DNA from: Octopus vulgaris
Taxonomy: Eukaryota
Reading direction: 5' to 3'
DNA length: 64,000 nucleotides
Assembly: GCA_951406725.2 (NCBI GenBank)
Contig: OX597823.1
Span: 65,224,001 to 65,288,000, forward strand
The position numbers were made by a program, and so were the translations under genes. Numbering within the stretch: position 1 is the stretch's first letter; each line of letters opens with the position of its first letter. The notes under the pieces are model-generated. The model was not told where the DNA came from, searched no databases, and saw only the letters and a list, made by a program, of their open reading frames with translations. Shown in pieces: positions 1-14,576 of this stretch.

Positions 1-1162
1 TCAGTAATTTCCATGTTGCAGATGTTATTTATTTAGTAGTAATTGTGTACAACTTAGATATTCGACAAGACTTCTTGATATATAACCAGAAAGATTTGGA
101 GAAGAAATAAAATCTGAATAAACAATATAAGGATAACTGTTAAAACTAAAACAATGCCGCAAATCTTACTGAAATATCAAGGAAAAACGCTCAGATAAGT
201 TGGTGCAAGTAATTATTTCGGAAAAAGAAAAACAAAAAAAGAAAGAAATCTATAGAGTAAGATGTGAAAACATACAATAAATGAAATACTGTACAGTTGA
301 AACCATAAAAGCTTAAGCAAAACTTGATCTTTTATAAACGAGAAAATTGTAACAAAAACAGAAATTTCTAAAGAGCAATAACTTCAACTGCTATCTAACT
401 GTGTAAATCATGAACGTATGATGTCGAAAGTAAGAAAAAGAACATGACTTTTCAAACAAAATGTTACAGACATGTATTTTGCATTCCAAATGCAATACTT
501 TGCACTAATGGAATTGTTAGGAAAGAAATTGCTGCGAAAACTACGAAAGATGAAATTGTTTTCTCCATTGTTAAAAGGTGGACGATGCAAAGGGTAACTA
601 TGACAACTTCTATCCAGTGAATAAACTCAAGGAGACAGAAACCCTCAGTTGAAATAGTAATATCAGAAAGGTAATAAGGGTGAGAGTGTAACTTCAAGGA
701 AGAGAAAGAATACATGGTGGTGTAAATCACGACATTATCTGACGAGTTAGAAAAATGGAAGAACAAGGTTTTTGACTCTTGCTTGCTGGGCACCTATGGA
801 TTCCCCGTGTTGAAGATTGCGACTTGCGTATATATGTATGTATATACATATATTTCTACATATATACATATATCAATAATAATAGATGGTAAAATTAATT
901 AATCAATTTATAATTAATAATCTTACCAAGTAGTTCGGTATTTTAAAAGAACTATTATCGGTAAACTTATACAAAAATTATTATAATTATAAAAATAATT
1001 ACAATTAGGGTTTCTCTTTCCCTGTGTGAGTTGAGGGTATTGCTGTCTGGGAGATAATATCTTATGGTAGTAGAATAGTATTTAACTGCTATTTCTAAAT
1101 TTCAGTATGTGGTGAAGCAATTTTGTTAAACCCTAATTATAATTATGTTTATAATTATAATA

Positions 1163-1213
<51 letters not shown>

Positions 1214-2749
1214 CCAATGAAAAGAAGACGACAAAGCTAATTCTTACAAAAGACAAAGCTAATTCAAAAGACAAAATTAATTCAAACACATCTTAAATTA
1301 TAAGTTACACACGTTTCCATACCATCTCCATTTGATCGTCAGTTTACGCAGAAAGTCTAAAAGAGAAATTACGTAATTTATGCGTCTTACATTTTGCATC
1401 TATCAAACTTTACATATATATGCGTGTGTGTGTGTTTTGTGTGTATATGTGTGTATGTGTATCTATATATCTGTGAGTTGTGTGTGTGTCTAATAATTTA
1501 AATAAATGTCGGAGTTTGTGATACGTTTAATTTTCAGAATTATCAATTGTCAAATAATTAATGATATATCACCAATATTGCAATATATACTTAAGTCATT
1601 CAACCATCAGTTGCTTTGTAACTGATATATTTTCTCATATTCTTCATATGAAACTCGCATGTTACTCATTTCATAGAGTGGCAGTGACATCCAAGATGGC
1701 GTTCTTTTGTATGTAGTCTGTTGTTTTCATAATCTATACCATCAAGCCAAAATTCAAAATTGATGCAATCGCCTGATACTCCTCCCACAAAAAAAGAAAA
1801 CTGGCCTTGTGTCTAAATGAATAAGAAACTATAAATTATTCTTTCAATTTCTGAATCTGTGCTTTGTTATGCCATATAATTTATATTTCAATGGGTGCTC
1901 AACACGAACACAAGCGATACTTGATTTTAACTTGTAAATACAGAAAGGGAATTTAAGCCATTATGATGCATCTTGTCCAATGGCATGCTTCCTTGTAACT
2001 ACCAAAATATAAGATAAACAACTCTTTAGGTGGTTCATTTTGTCTCCCCTCAATAATAATTATTGTAATCAAATGAAATGTTTTCCCCTATATGTTTAAG
2101 AACACCATTTCAACTATATATTTCTACAAATGTCGAAGAATATTTTCACAAGAAAATAAATATCTGAAGCACAATTCAATTACCATTCTCAGAAAATTAA
2201 GAAAAGTTTTCTTCGATAAGAAGATAAAATGTAAATACTTGTATATTAATAATAAATCAGTTACAACCTATCACAATATTTATTCGTGATGGTATAAACA
2301 GTGTAGGATGTTTCTGACAATAAATTCAAAGGTAGCTATGATGGTACAAAGATTTTTCTATTCATTATGACTCCGTACACTTTTGTTCTATGACTTTGGA
2401 ATTCCTGCAGCAGTTTTGGAAATGAATTATTAAAAAAAAATTCTCTACTAGGTTGGATATTGGAAAACATGCAATTACTATATAAAGAGGAGGATAATAT
2501 GCCAAAGAATTCAATGTTTAGAATTCTCTTTTGTCAAATGATTTATTCAGTTGCATGACTTAGATTTATCTTTATTCTAACTGCGCTCTTGGATGAGAAA
2601 ACATTGAAAACAATCGCGAAAAATAAGAGAAACCCCTAGAGAAAATATCAGTAAACAGATATCAAGTATAGAAATAATTCTTTTCATGTCAAATGAAACA
2701 AAGAACATACTTCTATAGATTTTAGCTTGGGATTATCTCCAGATAGATA

Positions 2750-2825
<76 letters not shown>

Positions 2826-5800
2826 CACACAGAGACACACACACAAACATATATATATATATATATGTACACAAACACATGCATGTGTACACACAAACAT
2901 AACGATTTATGTATATATGTCAGTATGCATGTATTGTATGTATGCATGCATGTATGATGTATGCATGTGTGTGTGTGCGCGCGTGCATCTTTGTATGTAT
3001 GTACGTATGTACGCATGCATGTATGCATGTATTTAAATATACAAAAACGTGCAGATATAATCGTACTTATATGTAAATACTATACACACTCATACATGTG
3101 CATGTTTTACATATTCGCATGCACACACATACACACACATGTATATGTTTATGTGTATGTGTGTATATATATATATGTATATATACGTGATTGTATATGT
3201 TTATGCATATGTGCAAATAAAAATACTAACTTGCACCCATATGCACACATACGCACACGCACACGAACATGTACACACACAGAGAAACACACACGAACAT
3301 GCACACACACATACACAGTAATATATATCAACTGGAGCAGAAGTAAACTGGCTTAGTTGTTATTGTATTTTACAAGCTGAATGAATCTCTGCGCTTGTAT
3401 AAATTTATTTTATTTTGTTAGTTTATTTGTATTTTAATGTGTAACTCTAACATGCAGTTGTCAGTACTTTGGAATCCCATTGTTTCATATCAAAATCTCC
3501 GTGATTTTCTACAAATTAATGAGCCGCAAAATGTAGTTATCCTTGCCTTGCTCCTTGAGCTACTTGATGGTGTAATATAGGCATCATTGCGATAAGACAG
3601 TCTTCGTCAAAATTTGAGGCTTAGCATAGACCACTCTTCTCTTCCCGTATGTGATCACAATTTATCTTTTCCAGGAAAACAAAACAAGCCCCCCCTCCCC
3701 CCAAAAAAAGATGCACAGAGAGAAAGATGGAAAGAATGTGAAGGCTCGATCAACGTATTTATTCACTCCGAAAGGATGCTTGCAATAATTTATCTTGAGG
3801 GGATCTGAAATTAGCGAGTAGAACTCTGGGACGTTTATCACAAAATATCTTAGCTAATGCTCTAATGGTTCTGTCTTCAAAGTCAAGAGAAACTAGGTGC
3901 AACGACATCTCTGAAAATATATAATTTAAGTTTTTGAATAATCGTTAATGCATAAGATTCTACAAGAAACGTTATTCATAATTTTGTTACATATAAGGTG
4001 GTACTCCAGCATGGCTGCAGTCAAATGACTGAAGCAAATAAAAGAATAAAAGAATAATAACGATTAACAAAAACAGTACACCGTAGTTTTGTACGATTAC
4101 TTTTGCATTTATAGAATTATATCAAGCTACAGTAGCATCCACCCTTAGTGGTTAGTCACATTTATGTGGCAATTATACATCACATTGTCGTGCAGAGATT
4201 TATTATTGCTAAAATTATATCATTTTTTAAAAACTTTCCGTGCGAGGCGTAACAGAATTTTTATAATTTGATCTCCTGTCAAAAAGTAAAACCTACTAAA
4301 AATCATTGTCTTAGTCCATTCTGTAAGGCAGCAACATCAATGGGATATCCTGGAAACCTGTTAGAGTTAAAGGAGTAGGAGTAGGATAGATTGACGATAC
4401 GATCAACGTTCAATTTGATGTTCTGCTATTACCGTTGTTGTAGTAGTTTTCCCCTTTCAGCAGTAATGCTAGACCTACGATCAGATGTATTCTAGTCCTG
4501 ACCAGTGAGCACTTCGCTTCGGGTTACCGTTTATTTACATTGTTTTAGTAATTTGGTGTTCCATTTTATTAAGATGACTGGATATGATTTGAGGATGAAC
4601 TGGCTGCTTTTTCCGGCAGAATGGGCGGAGAAGTAATAAAGAGAGTAAAAAGATCAAAAGACTCACGCTATAGTTGGTTCAGAAGTATTTGGGAATATCT
4701 TTAGTAGAAATTCTAAGGAAATAGATTCAGGTGTCGATAGTGCGGAGTTCACTATTTCAGAAGCTTAAAGAATAACTAGCTAAAAGTAGCTAAAAGTGGC
4801 TTAAAGAATAACCAGCTAAAACCAGCTAAAAGAGGCTTGGCATGAAAGAACCTGAAAAATGCAGTTTCTCCAAAATGTATTCGGCCAAGAGCGCAGGTGT
4901 GAGGTGGGTGCATATTTTACTCTCGCTTACGTGATAATTTAAGTAGGGTATCAAAATGGATTTTACTCCCACATGTAGAAATATTTAGACTCCCCGCGGA
5001 GGAAAGCATGATGCTGCATAAGCGGATGTTTTAAGAATACTGACCAAAGTGCATATCTTTTCACCTCTTGCTCTCCTCTCCCTCTCTTACCCGCTTAATA
5101 TATGTAAGTATGTATTTATGTATGTCTGTATGTATATACATACATACACTTGTTAATATACAAATGGTGTATGGGTGTGTGTGGGTGTGTGTGTGTGACT
5201 CAAGTAGATCATGGAAATAGAACAGTTAATTTAGAGTAAACTTATCTAAACCACAGACAGTCAGACATTTAATTATACGTCGAGGAAATGTCAGCTTTAT
5301 CACGATGATTAATATTTTTATCTAATTGGCAAGCATAGACGACAACTCCAGATATATATAGATGTTCTCGGTAAAGCGGATACCTAACCATACTTGCGAG
5401 GCAATCAGTAGTTTGGTGCACAATATTGCACACAGGTGTTTTTGCTCAATTTGCATACAGCAGAGTTTAGTTATTTTGTCATGCTACTGAGATGATTTTG
5501 TATTTTTATTACTGTATATGTATTTATAATTCCAAGTAAGTCTGTTCAATTGATTAATTATGTGACAATAAAATTAACAGTTATTCTTGCATGTTTCTGC
5601 GTAGTCGGTGTAAATAATTTATTTTCTAGAATATATTAAATTTTCGTGGCTACTCATAAACATCTGCATCTTAACTTTATCATCACCTTATTTTAGCTCA
5701 TTTGAAACATCGCAAACTTTTAGAAAATGTCTGTAACAAAAATTCTCAAATACTCATTTTAGAAAATGTCTAAAATAAAAGTACTCGAATATGTATACAA

Positions 5801-6857
5801 TAATTCATAATACATTGAATAAAATATCTCTTAGGCCGAAAAACGTGAGCAGATGCACATATGCGAATGAAACTGCATACAGCCATCTAGTATATTAAAG
5901 TTCCGAGGTATTATGAGCTACTATATATACTTTCATTTACATTTAAGTAGCATTTTAAAATGATCTTGCTTTTATTATCACTTCTCCTCTACAGAGTTGT
6001 CTTTCCTTCCCCGTGGCAGTTTTATGATACCAGAACATACAGGATATTATCTGTCATACCGACCAAATTGATACAAAATGCCTTTTCCACATAGCATAAT
6101 TATATTCCTAATTAGATATTTCAAGTTAATTGCAGTTGTTTAAGAAGCACTTGCTCATTTCAGTTATTGGAAGTTGCCTATTAGAATTTGTTTAAGATAT
6201 GAGTGTGTGCATGTTAGTGTGCGTGTGTGTATGTTAGTGTATGTGTCTATGTGTGCATGAGTGTTTATCTGTGTGCGTGAATGTGTATGTGTGTGTGGGT
6301 GTATGTGTGTATGATGTGTGAGTGTGTATGCGTGTGTGAGTAACACTCTATAACCACGAAACATACATTACACATCTTCGATATTGTACTGAAACTCGTA
6401 GTTCTAGTAATTTTTGTGATATATAATATATCTTTGGTGGTTATTTAACACCTAACTGAATTTTTACTATATATATATATATATAAAGAGAAAGACTAGT
6501 TTTAAATCTCTGAGCGAAAAATATGTAGTAACGGTACTAGTTGTTTTTCTCTTTACGGATCAGTGGCTGTGTGTGACTTGATAGGTATACACTCGAGTGA
6601 AGCGAATCGGCACCATCTCTAAGCAGCGATTGTCCTGCACCAAAGAAGATAAAATAAACTAGAAACCAGTAATCTGCAGGTATCGCTAACACTGAAGGGG
6701 GAGCATTAGCTCCCTTGCTCAAAATATATGGACACAGATGCCTTACTGGGGCTAAGCAGTAGTGTAATTGTTCTAAGCAGGGCTGTCACTTTACGTTGGC
6801 AAATAGACTTTATCATGCACATTTGTAAGTCTGCATATATGATATTTACGTGTGAAT

Positions 6858-6924
<67 letters not shown>

Positions 6925-7115
6925 TGGGGAGAATTCACAAAAAAAAAAAAAAAAAGACGAATACAGGTGGTATAGACAACAGACAGATGGATTAGTATGA
7001 CGCTCGGTACGTTAAAACGTCTTTAACGTTTCGCGCCTACGCTCTTCCACAGAAAGGAACACAGAAAGAAACAAAGAGAGAAAATAAAGAACGTGTAGTG
7101 GCTAGCGATCTATCA
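6925..7115 (-). repeat. Penelope-like pLTR fragment in (TA)n
   Basis: Same repeat as 20270-20450 and 26465-26652 (aacgtttcgagcctacgctcttc..cag motif). Confidence 0.55.
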
Positions 7116-7287
7116 TGGTGATATGTATGTATGTATGTATGTATATATGTCTGTCTGTCTGTCTGTATGTATGTATGTATGTATATGTATATATGTATAT
7201 ATGTATGTGTATATATAGGGAGAGTTCACAGGTGGTGTACAAAACAAACAGATGTATTAGTATATATATATATATATATATAATATA

Positions 7288-7327
<40 letters not shown>

Positions 7328-7585
7328 TAAGTGAGAGAATTAGATACTAATTTAATAGTATATTTATTCAACAAAGTGGCCTATGCTCGAGAACCTGGAT
7401 TATTATAATATTTTATAACATATTATAATATTTTTACAAAATAAATATAAGAGCACATTTTAGCACAGTAAGTTAAAGAAAACTTTTCCATGAAGTCGTA
7501 CGATTGAGCTAACAATCGTACTGACTTTCATGGAAAGTATTTTCGTGGTTGAAACCTTTGGATTAACTGGTCGAGTGAGCAAATA

Positions 7586-7620
<35 letters not shown>

Positions 7621-7682
7621 CAAATATGTGTATATATATGTCTGTATGTATATATACAAAAATATACAGGTATGTATGTATC

Positions 7683-7737
<55 letters not shown>

Positions 7738-7936
7738 GTATATAACGGGAAGCTTTATGAAAATAAACAAAAGACGAAGGCAGGTGGAATACAAACAAAC
7801 AATTGTATTAGTATGGTGCTCAGGAATATAAATAAAACAGAAAAGAAACATGGAAAGAAACAAGGAGAGAAAAAAAGTGCGTGCAGAAGCTAGCGAATCA
7901 ACATGGCGAATCAGCATGGTGAGATATATATATATG

Positions 7937-8166
7937 TTTCTTTATTATCCACAAGGGGCTAAACATAGAGGGGACAAACAAGGACAGACAAACGAATTAA
8001 GTCGATTACATCGACCCCAGTGCGTAGCTGGTACTTAATTTATCGACCCCGAAACGATGAAAGGCAAAGTCGACCCCGGTGGAATTTGAACTCAGAACGT
8101 AACGGCAGACGAAATACGGCTACGCATTTCGCCCGGCGTGCTAACGGTTATGCCAGCTCACCGCCT
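7937..8166 (-). mobile_element. tRNA-derived SINE (family A)
   Basis: Reverse complement of ggcggtgagctggcataaccgttagcacgccgggcgaaatg...gagttcaaattcc; similar to 28918-29131. Confidence 0.85.
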
Positions 8167-8169
8167 TGT

Positions 8170-8438
8170 GTATGTGTGTGTGTAAGTGTGTGTGTGTATG
8201 TGTGCGTGATGTGTGTGTACGTGTGTTTATGTGTTTAGGATTGTGTGTCTGTGTTTTGTAGTCCCGCCATCGCTTGACGATCGATGCTGGTGTTCTTACG
8301 TCCCCGTAATTTAGCGGTTCTGCAAAAGGGACAATATAAGTACTATACTTACAAAGATTAAGTTCAGGATCGACTTTACGACTAAAGGCGGAACCCCAGC
8401 ATGGCCGCTGTAAGATGACTGAAACAAGTAAAATAATT
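8170..8438 (+). mobile_element. 3' half of SINE family B
   Basis: cgcttgacgatcgatgctggtgt...ccagcatggccgc..gactgaaacaagtaaaa, as in 33960-34147. Confidence 0.7.
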
Positions 8439-8484
8439 AAAGACCACACACACACACACACATATATATATATGTATGTACATG

Positions 8485-8595
<111 letters not shown>

Positions 8596-9342
8596 CATAA
8601 TTGCAGAGATACAGTTTATAGTTAGATAAAGCAAAATGATAATTTGAAATGCAGACAAAAGAAAATATGAAGAAACAAATTTAAATCAAAATGTTAAAAT
8701 CAACGTAATTCCAGACTGCTTAATATCTAATGCTTTTCATGAATGCTGAATTATTTTGTACGTTAAATAAGTTGTTAGAAAACCCCATAGCGTATTCTAG
8801 CATTTATGATATTTAAAATTTGTTTATGCTACAGTTTCTGTTCAGAATTTTTTAAAATGTTATTTCAGATTTCTATTTTGTTTTCAGTCACTATGCTTTA
8901 TTATATTAACGAGTAACTTTCCCCCCGGGAGCCTAAGAGAATCCTTTGTAATATAAGAAAGCGCAACAACGTCTTGTTTTGATTTAAGAACGATTGAATC
9001 TTCGTAGTCAAATATGAAACATTTCCTGTTTGAATCTGTAGCAACGTAAACATGTATTCAAAATTATTTTTAATACAGTAATATTACCGCAATAAATATT
9101 CTGTATATGATAGTGAACATTAGTATATAAATAATATAATGCAAAAGTTTTGTGTTGAGTTTATATCTATTCTGTATTCTCTAATATTGGTTTCGAATTT
9201 TGGCATAATGCCAGCTAATTCGGGGGATGGGATAAGTCCATTACACCGAACCCAGTACACAGTTGATACATATTTTTTGTGATCGTGTGTGCACTAAACT
9301 ACACGTGTGCGTATGCTTATATTTCTGTGAATGCTTATATAT

Positions 9343-9759
9343 TTCTTTATTGACTACAAGCGGCTAAACATAGAGGTAACAAACAAGGACAGACAAAGGG
9401 ATTAAGTCGATTACATCGACCCCAGTGCGGAACTGGTATGTTATTTATCGAGCTCGAAAGGATGAAAGGCAAAGTCGACCTCGGCGGAACTTGAACTCAG
9501 AACGTAGCAGCAGACGAAATACCTATTTCTTTACTACCCACAAGGGGCTAAACACAGAGAGGACAAACAAGGACAGACATAGGGATTAAGTCGATTACAT
9601 CGACTCCAGTGCGTAACTGGTACTTATTTAATCGAGCCCGAAAGGAAAAAGGCAAAGTCGATCCTCGGCGGAATTCTGAACTCAGAAGTCGCGGCAGACG
9701 AACGAAATACCGCTAAGCATTTCGCCCGGCGCGCTAACGTGTCAGCCTGCTCGCCGCCT
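9343..9759 (-). mobile_element. SINE family A with tandem duplication of its 3' portion
   Basis: Two successive copies of aaacaaggacagaca..gattaagtcgattacatcgac..aaaggcaaagtcga..ctcagaa..gcagacgaa (about 9343-9522 and 9523-9759). Confidence 0.85.
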
Positions 9760-10290
9760 TCTGTGGATGCATATATGAGCGAGTGTACACACGCCATGCA
9801 GCTTGCGCGAGGGCGTTTATATATCCATATCTTTTAACATTTATTTTAAATACTTTTCTCGCTGTGTGGCTTGTTCGTTTCTTTTTTCATCTGTGGTTTT
9901 CTTTTTGATCTTCTGAATAAATGAAGATATTTCATTCGTTTTGTTGCTTTTCTTTCTACGAAATGAGAAGATACATTGCGGTACCGTTATTTTAACGAGA
10001 CACATCTGTACCGCTGACTGCTCCTGAACCAGTTGTCAAGTGTCCCACCCGTGAGGGATCGATGGTAGATGTGTCGAAACAAAATAAAAATTCTCGTGTA
10101 TTCCATTTTGCGTCTTTCATTTACCATATGTGTGTCTGTGTGTCTGAGAGTCTGTGTCTCTGTACGTAAATTTCTAGACTCAGTATATTGAAATGCGTTC
10201 TGTTACAGTCGCAGATTAATAATTAAATTTATTATAAGATTTTCTTTGAAAAGAAGTCGTAAAGAATGCATGTCAATTGCCATTTTGCAG

Positions 10291-10428
10291 ATAACCGATG
10301 AAACCGAAGTGCGAAGATACAAACTCGAACTTAAGCAGTGGACGTTGGAGCATGAAAGACAGCAAACTGAGTTCAAAATTACAGAGAATAACCTCGACAT
10401 GTACACTCCCGATCTAGATAATGACGAG
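10291..10428 (+). CDS. CFAP65: Internal coding exon (phase 0-0) of a CFAP65/CCDC108-like gene
   Basis: Acceptor cattttgcag| and donor gag|gtaaga flank 138 nt encoding ITDETEVRRYKLELKQWTLEHERQQTEFKITENNLDMYTPDLDNDE. This resembles the recalled vertebrate CFAP65 segment 'LMRQYHKELQEWKDEKVRQEVEFTIT'. Confidence 0.8.
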
Positions 10429-10611
10429 GTAAGAACACTTTAATACTCTAAAAGCAAGAATTTATTTGCTACGCTAGAATTGAACAATATTTACGAATTG
10501 AGTAGAGTAGTCCGTAATAGACTTGGAACTGGTGCCTGAAGTAGAATATGTAGGGCAAATATCTAAATGTCCTTCAAGTCGATTTTAGAAAACTTTGTTT
10601 CTTTGCTAGAA

Positions 10612-10888
10612 GGCTCATAAGGGTCGGTTTCCTGGTTTCCTTGGCGTATAGGTTCCTCGCCTGGACGGGACGCCGGTCCGTCGCAGGTGACCTGCAAGAT
10701 GCAGGAGGAAAGAACGAGAGAAAGTTGTGGCAAAACAGTCAGCAGAAGTTCGCTATTACCTACTGCCGGAGTCGCGTGGAGTTTAGGTGTTTCGCTCATA
10801 AACACATACATCGCCCGGTCTGAGATTCGAGCCCGCGATCCCTCGACCGCGAGTCCGCTGCTCTAACCACTAGGCCATGTGCCTCCAC
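10612..10888 (-). mobile_element. tRNA-derived SINE (family C-type head)
   Basis: Minus strand gtggaggcacatggcctagtggttagagcagcggactcgcggtcg..ggctcgaatctc contains A and B boxes. Confidence 0.8.
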
Positions 10889-11327
10889 CCCTGGAACCTG
10901 TGGATATTCAGATAGCCATAATAGTTAATATTCGGCCTTTTCCGTTCCTGTCCTTTTAATTTCTTTGTTTACCTTTCTATATAAATGTGTAATTTCCATT
11001 ACTACCACTCCTATTTTCGTAATACAGTATATTTTCGAGTACATATATAACGTACATATTTCGAGTGCATATTGCACAAAGTTATAAAGTCGTGAAACTA
11101 ATTCTCAACATCAGTGTGGAATTGTGGAATTATGTAGATGACCAGCCTGAATATGTTTAACGAAAATCCTGATGCGCCAAAAATGTTTTTATAAGTATTG
11201 AAAGTTAATAGTTTTCTGTTTGATCTTAAATAGTTACAATATTTCCACATGTAAATGCTTCACTTTCAACTTACACCTTTCGGTCAACTGACAGGTTGAT
11301 GGATCATGGACAGCTTCATAAGTAAGC

Positions 11328-11620
11328 TTGGCTTAGTGGTTGGCGTATTCGGCTCACCATCGTAGGGTCGCGAGTTCGATTCCTGGCGGTGCGTTGTATC
11401 CTTGACCAAGGCACTATATTTCACGGTGCTCCAGGCCACTCAGCTGGCAAAAATGAGTAGTACCTGCATTTCAAGAGGCCAGCCTTGTCACACTCTGTGT
11501 GACGTTGAATCTCCACGTATACGCGGAGTGTTCAGCTACTTGCACGTTAATTTCACGAGCAAGGTGTTCTCCTGATCGTATTAGCTGGGACCCTCTTCGT
11601 CATAATCGACGCAGTGCTCC
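11328..11620 (+). mobile_element. tRNA-derived SINE (family C-type)
   Basis: Head tggcttagtggtt..gagttcgattcct; the 3' part matches 62775-62940. Confidence 0.75.
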
Positions 11621-12470
11621 TCTTTCGCTTTGTCTCTCTCACTCTCCTCTCTGTGCGTGTAGTGTATATATATATATATTACGTGACCGACCAGACCATC
11701 AGATGTTGCTACATTGTTTTAGCCACCCCGCTGGCTAAGCGAGCAGGCCAACAGAAGAAAGAGTGAGAGAAAGAGTGGTGAAAGAGTACAGCAAGGATAT
11801 ATATATATTACTAAATGTGACTAGGGTGTTAGAACACCTACATTGCTAGAAATAAGAGCTAAAATATTCTAATGCTGTAGTTAAAGCACATAATTGCATA
11901 CATATATACTGACAGAGACTGTAATCACTCGAAAAAACTGGTCGAGAATTTGTTATACTGATCGGTCAATTTAGTTTAGCTTCAAGACTGTCTTACCTGT
12001 GTGTCTCGTAGTATATTATTATACAGTTTTTGAAGGAAAATATCATTAAAAAGAGATATTTGGAAGATTACAGTTACAAGTCAGAAGTGTCTCTATATTA
12101 TTGGAATTACTACGGTTGACGAGCTTTTAGTAATTGCGTAAGGATATCTCATTTTAGTTGAATTTTCTTAAACCTTATATTTATGGTTTGAATTTCGTGG
12201 AAAATTTAAAAGGGTTACATCTGAAAACCACAGTCTTCAGCCTTGTATGTTCATACTTTTGATACTGACTATTAATTTATAGCAAATTATGTTCCTTGCC
12301 TAGGTGGCATTAGAATCGGTAGTTTATTGCATGTTATCTATAAGAAATATCTAAAGCATATAAAATCCAGATGATGTTAATGATGTTATTCAGTTAGACT
12401 CTACTTACAATATTACTGGCAGAAACCTATCAAATTTATATGTATTATCCAGCGAGGTTCAACAGTTTCC

Positions 12471-12819
12471 GGATCTGTTCGGTTTGAACGGCAGTTTTTA
12501 CTAGCGGTGCCATATGAAATTGTCACCCATAATTATGACCGTAGTATCGATCAATTCCATTTCAATCTGTTTTAGGGTTAGGGTTAGGGGTGGGGGAAGG
12601 GTATCTTTTTTTTCTTCAGAAATGTAAATAAACCCAATCTGTTTCTTAAACGAGGGACATATTCATACGGCACAAATATCTTACAAACTATAGAATTTTC
12701 TTAATAAAGCCAAGAGAAAAAGATGTTTTATAAACACATTCTACCAGTATGCGAAGTTTAAAAGTGTTTAGTTACGTGAAAATTATTTTAAAAAACTGCC
12801 GTTCAAACCGAAAAGATCC
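12471..12819. mobile_element. MITE with about 28-bp TIRs and 8-bp TSD (Merlin/MULE-like termini)
   Basis: TIRs ggatctgttcggtttgaacggcagttttt and aaaaactgccgttcaaaccgaaaagatcc; TSD cagtttcc at 12463-12470 and 12820-12827. Confidence 0.85.
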
Positions 12820-13447
12820 CAGTTTCCTTCTATCAAATTCCACTACGTCAAACCGAGACTATAGCCGTATGATATATTTCATAGATGCCGCATGATGTAA
12901 TCAAACATGGAAATATGAAATTATAAAACAAAATACTTTAATACAAAGTATGTTTATTATTGTCAGTTCACCTATTGATCAGAATATTGAATTCCTTCAC
13001 TGCAAGAAGGCAGGACGGGAGTTTGATAATTACTTTATATTTGAAGAAATCTTCACTGTGAAACGACAACTCGGACAGCAAATACTATTTACGTTGTGTG
13101 TGGAAGCAAGAGTTTGGCAAACACATATGTCAGTTTACTTTATCTCATTTTTAAAATAATTTTTTATTTTATTTCATAAATGTATATTCTCTCTAATATT
13201 GCAATAAAATTATAATGTCAAAATACCAAATGTATGTTTGAGCTAGCAATATTATTTTTTTTGAATATCAATATTGATATTTATTCCATTACTATTTCGT
13301 ATTCATCTGTTAATTTTGGAAAAATGACGAAAATGAAACAGAATAATTTTTACAAAATCGACATGAACTTGTGTAAAACGTTTAAATCTTTTATTTTCTA
13401 TGTATAGGAAAGTAAACATTATCGTTTTCTACATAAATTTCACTCAA

Positions 13448-13529
<82 letters not shown>

Positions 13530-14407
13530 AATATTTGTTGTGCAAGATTTTTTTATGTGAAGTGTGTTGAAACAGATATTGTTATATTTCGGAATGGTCA
13601 TTTTGCCAGTTTATATATGGCGACATGGTCACTCGGGCTGTTCGGGCTTAGCCCGAGCATAAATTCAGTAAATTGAACGTATATTTGCAAGCTGATTTCA
13701 TTTGAAGTATGTTATTTCAACCAATAATTCGGGCTCCTATTATTGATCCTGGTCGCAGTTCATTTATTTTCGTTCAGCGTCTGGCGGTCGTCTTAGAGGT
13801 GCCCTTTGTCAAAAAATGTCATTCGCAGCAGACGTTCTCTCGACATTTTTCCCACGCATCTGACTCGTTCTCAGAAGTTACAGCCCGAATTGTTATGTTA
13901 ATCGTAAAAATTAAAAGTAATTCAAACTCAATGTTTTCTTGAAACAATAATTTTCTATAGTGATTAAAATTCAAATTCCAGTCTATGAAAACTGTCCGTT
14001 TCACAGTATTCTTAAAGGAACGAAAAATTATCCAGCAACTCGGGCGATTACGAACGAGTCTGGTAGGCATAAGAGGCTAACTGGCATCTCTTATCAAGAC
14101 TACAAGCGACAGCAAGATCGCTGATGTTTGTTGTGCACTCCACTGTCTTATTTGATTGCTGTTGTTCTGTGAATCTTTGTATAAAATCAGTTGTGTTTTG
14201 CAGGGTTGCTTTATTTTTAACCTTAACTTAGACATGGAGTAAAACATAGTATTACATATAAAAAAAATATGCCATTCGGGGCTAGAGATATTGCGGGAAA
14301 ACGTGAAATTCTTCAAGCAGGCATGTGTCTTATGCGAAATCTGTGATGAGCCCGATTGGCGCTGGTGACTTGGAGTCGCCTCTGATACATATCTATATCT
14401 ATATCTA

Positions 14408-14466
<59 letters not shown>

Positions 14467-14471
14467 ACATA

Positions 14472-14523
<52 letters not shown>

Positions 14524-14533
14524 TGTATGTTTG

Positions 14534-14576
<43 letters not shown>

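Noticed and set aside
1-620. Possible very old RTE-like LINE 3' remnant (similar hints at 60850-64000 on the minus strand)
   Set aside because: Too decayed to support by eye; no intact diagnostic motif.
2684-3356. Many overlapping [12 protein letters not shown] ORFs here and elsewhere (for example 55928-57262)
   Set aside because: These are stop-free translations of (TA)n/(CA)n microsatellites.
4760-4840. Short repeated units (gcttaaagaataac.agctaaaa) that superficially look like an array
   Set aside because: This is an irregular micro-duplication with no spacers in a eukaryotic intron, not a CRISPR-like array.
12967-13128. Exon-like open frame (SPIDQNIEFLHCKKAG...VWQTH) with ag/gt ends
   Set aside because: It would be phase 2-2 between exons that join at phase 0, it has weak splice signals and it shows no resemblance to CFAP65.
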